DNA from: Octopus bimaculoides | Taxonomy: Eukaryota | Direction: 5' to 3' | DNA length: 64,000 bases | Assembly: GCF_001194135.2 (NCBI RefSeq) | Contig: NC_068997.1 | Location: 56,918,409-56,982,408 of the forward strand | Shown here: positions 11,095-22,395 of the stretch, piece after piece | How the letters are laid out: each line of letters opens with the position of its first letter | Position numbering within the stretch: position 1 is the stretch's first letter | Translations under genes and position numbers: made by a program | Notes under the pieces: model-generated | Seen by the model: the letters and a program-made list of their open reading frames with translations, nothing else | Told to the model about the DNA's origin: nothing | The model's database searches: none

Positions 11095-14000
11095 TGTGTT
11101 AGATTTTGTTATAATATATCTTTGATATCAAATGTTTATGAATATTGTGCTCTATTTCGATATCATATATCTGTAAACATGATACATTTTGTTATCATAT
11201 ATCTACGATATCAAATATCAATAAGCATTTTGTTTTATTTTGATATAATGCCTATTGCTCTTGGTAGGTGCTGAGATATTCTGCATTTAACATATTTACA
11301 TTTGTTTATCAAACGGATCGCTTTCAGATTTCAACTCGGCTGCAAACAACATCAGCGGTTATGTAATGCGCCAATGGACGCCTTGAAAGTTGTGGATGGC
11401 TCTAAGAGAAATAATGCTAAAATTTCTCTCACGACCTATCCTACACTCCAAATTTCATACCAGAATATTGGATGATTTACTGTTGTGTGTAGTTAAACAG
11501 AGCGTGTTTGTCACTCCAGGAACGTCTTAGACAGCATTTCTGTTGTACATGAATCCGAAGGTAAAACACAAATGCAAAAACAACGGTAATTAAAAGATTA
11601 ATATCCACATTAATTCCAGATCTTAATTGATCCAAATCCTTATAAATCCTTATGAATCTAAATCGTTACATACAAGTATAAACACTCTTTTTTAAAGGTA
11701 ATTACTTTTTTTTGTCGATGAACAGAAGCTGTCACATTGAAATATTTATGAAAACATCGAGTATTCTCGGCGAAGCAAGTAATACGGCGATTTATTAATG
11801 ATGGCTATGAATGATAATGAAAGATAAGATTTTAGCCATCACTACGTTCATAAATATAGTAAATACAAAAAAAAAATACTCGACGCACGAGACAGTCACA
11901 AACGTCTAACGTGTTTACGATAGGATCTCGCAATAGACAGGCTGCTAAAATCTTTGTGTGGATTAACAAACTGCTAGGCTGTTCTATCTGTCTGTCTGTC
12001 TGTCTGTATATCTATATATTCACATCTGACACCTAGTAATGCGGTGAATTCAATTCCCTATACCTATGTACTCCAGTTATTTCAGTGGTAATCTTAATCC
12101 GCAACCGGTTACAACACCAGCTCCTGTATCTTTCATATCATCAGTTTAGTCGCTTTTCTGGCAAAGACTCAAGCCTCAAATCGCCTTTTTAAGAAAGTAC
12201 AACTCGGTGTCTTGATTGCCTCATGCTTCAGCAAAGTATGACTTGTGATTTCTATCGCTACTTAGAGCAATAATTGTCCTTCTTGTGCTAATCACGCAAT
12301 ATAAAAATTGATAACATGTGTACGGTTGTTCGACGTATGTAAATGACTACGATTCATGTGATTGGTTGTAAGACCGCCGAAACCTTAAGAAAAAAACATT
12401 CAAGAAATCCCCAACATCACCACTTAACAAAGAGACACCAGAAAATATGTCTGATTCTCTTCTGCCAAATCTCTCTCAAAAGTGGCGACATTTTTCTTCA
12501 ATCCTTCTTTTATTGGATGTGTATATATACGTGCATGTATATTAGAATATATGTACATATGAGTATGCACATGCATTTAGCGAGGTAGGTATAAGCGTGA
12601 GTGGAAAATAGATCAACGAGATTAAATCAATGTTTTTAGCTAAAAGATGAAGACTTGATAATAAAGAATTGTTTGCCATCTCATCCCAACTCGCTTTCTG
12701 TTAGAAATAGAAAACTTCAAATGTGAATCACATTTCAAATGGCCTGTTTATCAGAGGTCAAAAGTTGAAACCTCTAAACTGATTTCAAATTTAGACCTCG
12801 GTATTCACTTAGCAATGACCTCTTTTCAATTATTTTATAACATAGCTGATAGCTTATTAAAACTGCATAATTCCTTTTAAGCTTTCATTGAAATTGTGAG
12901 ACAATAGTCTAGCTTATAATATATAATATTTATAACATTCATAGATAAAATCATCAACATTAGTGAAATATGTGTAACGGGAACACACAATAATCACGGC
13001 ATTTGTCAGATTTTATTAATTGACTTTCATACGTTATTGGCATCTCGCCTATTTTCTGACAAAAGAGTTAAACCTACATCGTTGGAAATCATTCAGAAAG
13101 AGAGCGACTTTTGTCTTTCTCATTCTCTATGTCTTTCTCATTCTTTATCGGTTTTATGGCAATGACAAAGCACACGATAACTGTGTTGCCACAACAAAAG
13201 AATGAAAGAACATCTATTTGTTAACGGTTAGCGTTTCAAATTCCTGTGCTCTGAAAAGGTCGCTACTTTGGATTCTTGCTTATACAAATCTGAGACAATA
13301 GACGATATCAAGAATGGTTCTAAATCTGTGACTAAATGCTTATTTGCAAAATAATTCTAAAAGCTACTTACTTATCTCTCTGCATGCTGTCGCAATGTTA
13401 TTTTTGCACGTGAGCTTTGTGGAGTTCCTTTGGCGTTGATCATTTTTAAATTGATGGTAATTGTTAACGCTGTCTGCTCTAAAGAGAGGCACTCAAATAG
13501 AAATAGCCAGATAAATTTGCTTCTGCTTCTACTAACATAAGATAGTCATTCCCCGTGGATATAAACCTCTAGTAAATATAGCGAACATTAATATTCTTAA
13601 ACTGCTAAATTAAGCGCAAAACATCCATTCCATATTGAGGATATCAAATTTATCTGACGCAGGCATATTATAGCTGCATATTGGTTCAGGATGTTAAGTA
13701 TCTCAGCTACACTTGTGTCTGTAGAGATAAACTAAACAGAATCTAAAATCATGTTCAGTTATTAAAATAAGCTATTGTCTTAGTATTGAAATATGCCATG
13801 TTTCGTAAAATCACCACCCTACTTAACAAACTGTTTTCTTTAGATTTTTGGCTTTTTTTCTTTTTTCGATATAACCTCTTGACGCTTGAATCATTAACAG
13901 TAACATATTTTATTACATTCCTGGCGAACGATAAAAGTAAATCCTGATTGCTTGTTCTAATATTTATAAGAATAACAAATATTGGAATCGGTTGTCTTAT

Positions 14001-14937
14001 CAGCTTGGCCATATATGAATGTATCATGTTTGTTACTCAATTTTCGGATAAATTTTATTTGTCTCCATAGTCCTTTCATATTTGTTGCCGTCAAGACCTT
14101 GTTTGATATATCGATAAAATTGACAATTACCTCTAAAGATATCGAAGTAACATTGTAGACTAAACAATATCGACAGGAATTTGTTCTGCAATACCATAAC
14201 TAACCAAACATTATCACCAAACCAATTACTTGTATTCTTTTATGCTATTGCTTGATTCAGTCACCGAATTGCGACACAGCTGGGGCGCAGTGCCAAAAGA
14301 CATAGTCAATCAAACTGAGACTAATACTCGTTTTAAACATGGTAATCTTTCTATTGGTGCCGTTTTACTGAACCACCAAGTGACAGCAATATTAACAAAT
14401 CAGTAATGGATGGCAACATACGAAAGAAACATAAAAACTCTCACATATCTATAATATACGGCGAGTTTCCATACATTTTGTGAGTGAGGAATTAATTCGG
14501 GTCCATAGCCGTAATCATGTGATTGCGAAACGAACTCGTAAACTCACAAATAAGACTGCACCTACATCTAATTTTAGGACATTCCAGTTTATTCATACAA
14601 TACTTACAACATTCCAACAGTAGAATAAACGGGATGTATTTTTTTTATCAAAATATATGAAATGAAGTTGCATTCAATGAGAAGAAATTGGATCTACAAT
14701 TCCTTACATAGCGTTTGTTCCTTCGGCAAGCATCAAGCAGACTTCTCCTCTAGTTATTTTCCTGATAAATTACTGCAACATATAGCCTTATCTTTGGTTG
14801 AGGTCAACCTTTTATTTGTATAGACAAGTACAATTCCAGCAACTGCCCTTCATCAAATAATTTTACTTTAGCTATATTTTACTTGCATTTATATATACAT
14901 AAACACATGTATGTATGTATGCATGCATAGATATATA

Positions 14938-15116
14938 TTGGGTCATCCCATAAAAGTTTGAATGTGTACAATCTTCTCTTCATGGAAAAGTGACCATACA
15001 TCATAACTCTTAACGTGGATGTGTCTTCACTCAACCAAAGCAAAGTTGTTAATTGATGTCATTGAATTTTTTTATTTTTTTGTCAGACTATTTGTGTAAA
15101 CCATAGGCTGACCAAA
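14938..15116. mobile_element. Mariner-derived MITE-like element with degenerate TIRs
   Basis: Left end TA|TTGGGTCATCCCATAA resembles the mariner TIR TCAGGTCATCCCATAAG at 60742. Right end AAACCATAGGCTGACCAAA is an imperfect inverted copy. No coding content. Confidence 0.5.
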
Positions 15117-15124
15117 CAACATTC

Positions 15125-15300
15125 AATTTTTTTTCCGTGTTTTTCTCCTTGTTTTCTCCGTATTCTTTCTGTTGAAGAGCGTAGCTCGAAACGTTAAAGA
15201 CTTTCTGTATTCCCGAGCGTCAAACTAATACATCCTTTTGTTGTTTACACCACCTGTCCTCGTCTGTTGTTGTTTTTTTTTTCGTACATTCTCCCTCCTA
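15125..15300 (+). mobile_element. Probable Penelope-like terminal repeat fragment with a degenerate hammerhead-like motif
   Basis: CTGTTGA-A-GAGC-GTA-GCTC-GAAAC at 15169-15192 has the layout of minimal PLE hammerheads. The family assignment is inference. Confidence 0.4.
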
Positions 15301-16682
15301 TATATTAACACCCCTCTGTGCCTTATTTTTGTACAATATTGTGTATGAATAGTAACATCGTTTGTAGGTCCACAGTATGCAGAACACATATTTGATACGT
15401 TCCTGTTTATTCAGACGTGATTCGATTTTTCGCTGCTGGAATTGACCCATGAGAAAATCCCCCCACTTAGTCTTGTCTGAGAACCAGTTCGTTTAGAGCG
15501 GTTTTCTTTTTATTTCTATCTCAAATGGAGAGTTTTCTCTCTGCGTTATTCCTGCAGTGAAAGAGGGTATCCCTTCGTTATACAGTTGAATATCTTAAAC
15601 ATTACATCATTCTAATACAGTTCATTCATTTCTGCGCCGTGTGACAGTACTAATGCGTGTATGAACATGCTTCTATGTGAGTATGGGTATGGGTGTGTTA
15701 ATGTGCGCGTGTGTTTAAAAAGACGCACAGACACACATTTGATAAATAGTGTTCTTTCTTTCACGTATATTTAAGCGTTAATCTCACTGCTTATTTTATT
15801 TACATGGAACGAAATCCTAGCAACGAATACCTGTTGAATCATTGCTCACTCTGTTATGAAGCATCTCCTTCATATGTATGAAGATTGTATGAAGATTGTC
15901 TTACTTCATATACAACTCTCCACTGTATATAGGTGTATGTGTGTGCATGTATCTATATGTACGTATCTAGGTATGTGTGAATATGCAGTGGGTGTATTCG
16001 GGTATGTGTATGCATATGGTTATATGCGTATTGATGCGCCCGTGCCTCTGTGTGTGCATGTGCGTGTGTGATAATTCATTATGCGCACGCAGAACACAGC
16101 CTAATCACTCAACTCATTTGCTTCTCTGTGTAAACTGAAAGAGCAGCAAGAATATAATGTGAAGAAGAAAAAAACAAAACAAATTCAGTTGAAAACTGCA
16201 TTCAACGAATTATTGTTTCAATGGAATAATAATCAGCGAAACAGCAGTTTTGTTTGAAAAACAAGAGACAAAATGGAATGATATTAAGAAAGAAAGTAAG
16301 CCATCACTGTTTTGTTTTGGTTGTGAAGTATAAGCTGTTGTGTGATGAACGGAAACAGCATCGTCTTGTTTGTTTACACTACAAATTCTAAAAAGTTTTT
16401 TAGGAAATCTGAGTTATCATATAGGTGGCGCTGTATATCAAAAGAGAGTTTGTTGTTTATCATGTTGTTTTAATCGGTGTTTTTTTGTGTGTGTGCACTT
16501 GATGAGAGACTTTTAGAATTACAATCTTTTCTTTTTTTCTCTCCCCCACTATTTCTTTCTCATCCCCTCTTTCTCTTCATCTCTCTCACTCATTTTCTCT
16601 GTCTCTCTCCCTGTTTTTTTTTTAATGTTCTCTGTATTGTCCTGGAAAGAATTCTTGTGATGCAAGTATGTTGTTCGTTAAC

Positions 16683-16825
16683 TATTACTACTACTACAAT
16701 AATAATAATTACGATAATAATCACAATAATAATAATAATAATAATAATAATCATTATAAACGGGATAATGATGATAATAATCATAATAATAATAGCAATA
16801 ACAACAATAGTTAATATTGATGATG
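16683..16825 (+). repeat. Imperfect (ATA/ATG/ACT)n trinucleotide tract
   Basis: Directly visible; it produces the poly-Ile ORFs 16477..16866 and 16590..16850. Confidence 0.92.
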
Positions 16826-17362
16826 ATTTCTTTAAAGCTGATAAGAACACTTTATTTACCGCTTAGCAATATTTGTAGACAATACTACGGCATGTAGCAA
16901 AGGCTGTTGACTTTACATAGAATCAAGTACGAGAAACAATTCATTAATTATTATGTGATGTGGGTAAAAATGACGACAAACATAAATTTCGTTCTATATT
17001 TAAAACATAAATTTATTTTAAAATATGTGTGTGTGTGTATGTATATCACAACGGAAGATCAGAACAAAAATGTTGGTATTAATTATTCACCATTACACGT
17101 GTTTAGTTTTCTAATATGAGCTACAAAATTGTACTTTAGGAGAAACATGTAAGACAATTCCTATTAGAAATTCTTCAGGGCGAGAATCAAATAATATGCT
17201 TTCCAGTATTTTTCACCACTTATGCATGTCTGAAGCAAACATGACTTTTGGAATAAGCACATATACTTTAAGAGGACGCGCCCTACATTATAAATTTATC
17301 TANNNNNNNNNNNNNNNNNNNNNNNNNNNNNNNNNNNNNNNNNNNNNNNNNNNNNNNNNNNN

Positions 17363-17401
<39 letters not shown>

Positions 17402-18834
17402 TATGTGTGTATTTAATTTGTCTAAAGATGAAACAAAACACTTGGAAAGCGTACAAATATGAAAACAAAAATCTCCTTACTCAAAGATGTGCAAAATAAA
17501 GTTAATATTGGAACAGAAGAAACAAATTCTTTTTAGTGTTGCCTTTAATCAGATTTAACGGAGAAAAGAAAAGTATTAGGAATGACAAAAGTGAAAGCAA
17601 TATATCCTAAGTGGAAAAATTCTATTTGGATGGTAGGTTTTGGGTAGAAGTAAAGACCGGAAGTTGAACATTGATTGGATTACAGACAAAATAAGCGAGG
17701 AAATGGAGAGAAAGAGAATAAATGGCAAAAACAAAGGAGTATAAACGGAGAGAGAAAGGGCGGAAAGGGGGAATGAACTAATGAGGAAGAGGAAGTCGGG
17801 AACTGAGGATACTCGTGGGTATATTGAGATTTGCTTAGGTTCACTTAATTGTGAAGTGTTTAACTTACTCTACACAGGAACATTATCTAATGTTCGGTTT
17901 CCAATATCAGATAAGTCTGTTGATGTATCGTTTTGAATTTGACTGTTATGATTAAGACGGCCAGAAATTCTGTATTACTACGCGTATCCAAACATCTATT
18001 ACTCTAGGTGCGCCTTTCTCTACCAAGAAATGAATGTTGCTCAGGTAGTGAAATTGACCGCCATTTCGAACATTTATGTAAACATTTTGTGAAACATAAG
18101 TTCAAGTATAATGAACATAAAATATCATATACTAGCGTTATTATACCGTACTCGACAGTGGCGGTCGACAATATTAGTTACAGTACTACTCCATTTTGTG
18201 AGTACAAATTACATCGCTTAGAGCATGTGTGTAGATATGTACCCATACATGTGAGCACGAATCATTGCATTCTAGACTCAGTTACTCATTATCTCAAATT
18301 ACTGAAGCAATAAATATCCAAATGTTTATAATAGATGTCTACGAGTGCAAGAGCCGATGCAAGCGTATAGCAATACGTGTGTGCCTATATACGTGGATTG
18401 CTGTATGGCTAGGGATTAGAGACGACGTTATATATTAATTAAATGTGATATATATTTGATACGATTAAATCAACTACATTGTTCTACGACAGTGAACAAT
18501 GGTTATTATTGCTACTTTAGACAGAATTCTGCCATAACGACACCTGATCCAACACGAATTTATAAGAATAACAATGGAAAAGCAGTTAGATATATTAAAT
18601 AAGGGAAATAAAGTGAAACAGAAAAGCAAATGATTAACACATGAATATCATAAAGAAAACACTTTACTTAGATTTATGTATCGAGTAATGTGAAATACAA
18701 GGGGACGGTTTGATTAATAATGAGATTTCTTATTTAAACAGGCGAATATGCGCTGCATACTCTCACACATATATATTATACATACAGAGAGAGATAACAG
18801 AAGTGGGAGAGAAGCAAGAGAGAGGGGAGAGGGC

Positions 18835-19622
18835 TATGTAAGATATATATGTGTATATATTTATGTTTGCATTTAGATATATATGCATTATCAATGTAAC
18901 GAGCTTGTTCTCACTTGCAGTGAAGACGTTGGAGCTTACTTGTACTCACGTGACACTCACCCTCATTATTGTTGTTGCAATGAGCCAACTCCTTTCGGTG
19001 TTGAGAACTGCTTCTGCCACCTATTTAACATATGTCTTTTGCAGAGTGGCCAATGATATTTTGATTAACGAAATGCTCCTTACGTCACCAAACATTCCCT
19101 GCAAATTGAACTGTTTTATTCATATCCAATGCTTTAGAAAGCTTTTTGAATGATCTTTCATTGACCTTGTGTTGTTTGAATATGGATTCAATATAACTCG
19201 ATACTTGCACATGTTGGTGCCATTCGGCGTGGTTTAAGCGTTTTGGTTAGATGGAAGGACCGTAAATTAACAGAAATTCAGTTACTGCTTGAAGAGTTTC
19301 CGTTCAATATTTCTCTCTGAGCTTAGATTTCCGCATTACGTTCATAAATTTAGGTATATCCCAACCTTTAACTACACATAACATCTGTTAGCATCTGATT
19401 CCGTCATATTCTATGTTGGTTCCAAGGCACAAATAACTCGTCGCACTTGCAAGTTGTATCTGGTGAAGTTCATAAAATCGCGTAATACGTTTCGCCCTCA
19501 CGTAGCATGCACATTTACTCATACGCTCTAACAATTACGCATGTATGCATATTTGTGAGCATATAAAGCCATGAGAGAGAGAGAGAGACAGACAGAATGA
19601 GAGAATGAGAGAGAGGAATAGA
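18835..19622 (+). repeat. Left arm of a long inverted duplication
   Basis: 19201-19290 matches the reverse complement of 20629-20718 at 85/90 nt (counted by hand). Homology continues to ~19622/20293 inward and ~18835/20796 outward, apart from a left-only segment at ~18913-19199. Confidence 0.93.
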
Positions 19623-20292
19623 AAAGTGAGTGAAAGAAGAGATCGAAGTGGGGCGAGATAAGTAGCATACTTCAAAAGTTCCTAAACAGTATTGCACCGA
19701 CTATGTATTCGAAACAACGTCGCTACCTTGTGTTATAGATACATTTGCTCAAACTAACTTAATTCTGTCTCCCCGATTCAACTCACTAGACCTGACTTTC
19801 TGTGAATTTTTACGCTTGCAAATTACTGCAGTAGACGGAGGGAACAGGAGTCAACAATTACAAAGCGAAAACGTCCTCACCATGTGCCTAGGAACACATC
19901 GCTGCTGCTCACTCAAATGCAGAATACTACTACTGATGCATTTGTTTCATTATATAAAGCAAATGATCTCCCTACATACTGCCACTTGCATAACAAGCAA
20001 TTTTACTTCAACCGTTTTATTTCCATGGGATTTATAGTAATTCATCTCTGTAGCAGCTAAAGAAAAGTTTCCTCAACCCTTGACATTTTTCTCATTCAAG
20101 GTCATTTCCTGTAACTGGCGTCGATGTTAATTCAACAGAACCTTCTATGTTGTAACAGTCGGTTATTTATATACGGAATATTTACCTTGTGTATATTTTC
20201 ATACCTTCATTACACTTCCTTTATCTTTCTCTCTCATTCTCTCCCTTTTTTCTCTCCATCTCTCTGTTTCTCTTTTCTCTTACTCCCGTTTC

Positions 20293-20388
20293 TCTATTCC
20301 TCTCTCTCTCTCTCTTTCTGTTATGGCTTTATACACACACAAATATGCATACACGTGTATTTGTTAAAACGTGTGTGTGTGTGTGTAT

Positions 20389-20434
<46 letters not shown>

Positions 20435-20796
20435 GCGAAGCGTATTACAGTATTTTATGAACCTCAACAGATAGAACTTGGAAGGTGTGACTACTTCATT
20501 GTGCCTTGGAACTAACATAGAATATGAGATGTTAAGCTATGTGTAGTGAAAGGTTGAGATGTACTTAAATTTATGAACGCAATACGGAAATCTAAACGCA
20601 GAGAGAAATATTAAACGGAAATTCTTTAAAGCAGTAACTGAATTTCTGCTAATTTACGGTCCTTCCATCCAACCAAAACACTTAAACCACGCTGAATGGC
20701 ACCAACATCTGCAAGTATCGAGACCAAGTCCGTTACATTGATAATGCACGTATATGAACACAGACATAAATGTATACACATATATATCTTACATAT
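20293..20796 (-). repeat. Right arm of the long inverted duplication
   Basis: Reverse complement of the left arm, including shared non-transposon flanks (TATGCATATTTGTG..TATAAAGCCAT; ATGTAAGATATATATGTGTATA). Confidence 0.93.
20428..20722 (+). mobile_element. RTE-X-like LINE remnant carried in both arms (mirror copy ~19197-19503, minus strand)
   Basis: Frameshifted translation DVKLCVVKG*DVLKFMNAIRKSK.../KRKFFKAVTEFLLIYG resembles DVKIRIAKAW..LNSMN.IWKS.L...LKR.FF.A.VESVLLYG of RTE-X RT C-termini. Confidence 0.6.
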
Positions 20797-21708
20797 CTCT
20801 CTCCTTAATTTTCTACCCCTCTCTGATATGTCTCTCTCTGTCTTTTTATACATACATATGCACACACACACACACACACACATACACACACAAACTTGTT
20901 GCCAGTTCAAATATGCCTGAGGTACTTTTCGAACCCGTAAGGAAGCTATTTACTGTAATTGGTTACGGAAAAAATATCCTGCTGGCGACAAGCCCGCATG
21001 TAGAAAGGGTTCTCGTGTCTGTAGATAGGGTGACAGTTTTATGAGGATGATGATAAAGATAATGATGATGAGAGGTTGTGGAGGAGGAATGTCCAGGAGT
21101 GTTGATGGAGGCAGTGTTTTGTAGAAAAATGGGCCGTGAGAGAAATATGCAATGTTGGAGTGGGTGAGTAGAGTAAAGCGGGGGAGGGGTCTATAGGAAA
21201 CTGTTAAGAGAATTAGAAGAGAAACATATTGAAATATGAAAGGAAATTTAAGGTCGCAATCAACGGAATATATGTGGAGGTTGTAGTTGTGATGGTGATG
21301 ATGGAGTGGCGGTGGTGTTGTGCTGGAGGTGGTATCAGCGGTGGGGGTTGTGATATTGATGGTAGTGATGATAGTGGTGGTGGTTGTTATTGTGGTCATC
21401 ATTAATTGGACAGGAATATGATCAATAACGTTCCGGCTTTCGCCATCCAGTTATATATTTATTTATATGCAGAAAAAAAAAATTCCTGCATCTTTCCATT
21501 GTCTAAGATGATAGAATTTCTTTCTGGAGGTGATTTCGTTGTTATTTCTACCAATCTGGGCAAATGTGTAGCGGTGTCCATTGTTTGAATTCCAAATATA
21601 GGACCAGAACGGAATCAAATGGAAAACCTAGAGTTGTTGTTTTCACCCAAAGACCACATCGATTCAGCAAATTATTCACAAAGTTCGCCAAACATGGCCA
21701 TCCCATCG

Positions 21709-21754
<46 letters not shown>

Positions 21755-21955
21755 NNNNNNNNNNNNNNNNNNNNNNNNNNNNNNNNNNNNNNNNNNNNNN
21801 NNNNNNNNNNNNNNNNNNNNNNNNNNNNNNNNNNNNNNNNNNNNNNNNNNNNNNNNNNNNNNNNNNNNNNNNNNNNNNNNNNNNNNNNNNNNNNNNNNNN
21901 NNNNNNNNNNNNNNNNNNNNNNNNNNNNNNNNNNNNNNNNNNNNNNNNNNNNNNN

Positions 21956-22000
<45 letters not shown>

Positions 22001-22364
22001 GTGTGTGTACGATAGTTCGACACATCACAAGAGGAATGCATAATTTGATGAAAAGTTCTGCAAGATTTGGAAGCGATTCAAGAAATCTGAATGACGTCAG
22101 CAGAGATGACAGAGGTTTTCGTCGTCTTCTTTGAAGCGTGGGTTTTGTTTCTATGAAAGGCGAAATGTTTAAAGAAACTTCACTGAAGCCAGGTTGAGGA
22201 CCTTATTCACTGACAAGTTAACAATACGCTACAGAGCTTATCCGCTCCCTTTCTGTCTTTCTGCCATTTGCTTTCACTAACCTTTTTTCCTTCCCATACA
22301 CTGACGCGCACACATGTATATATTAATATATGAAAGTGCGTCTGTGAGTGTATCTGTGTGTGTG

Positions 22365-22395
<31 letters not shown>

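Noticed and set aside
16477-16866. Poly-Ile hydrophobic ORFs (also 49111..49551) that look like membrane proteins
   Set aside because: Produced by (ATA/ATT)n microsatellites.
19740-19960. Possible Tc1-like PP.SPDL..CDF remnant in the inverted-repeat spacer
   Set aside because: Similarity too weak to support without a profile search.
20950-21402. 150-aa Thr/His/Pro-rich minus-strand ORF
   Set aside because: Low-complexity triplet tract; no splice or domain support.
22092-22099. Perfect CRE palindrome TGACGTCA
   Set aside because: One 8-mer in 64 kb is about chance expectation; no promoter context.
21564-22134. Long ORFs spanning (TA)n and N gaps (also 22.6, 25.8-26.4, 29.1, 30.1, 56.6 and 58.4 kb)
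   Set aside because: Artefacts of Ns and stop-free dinucleotide repeats.
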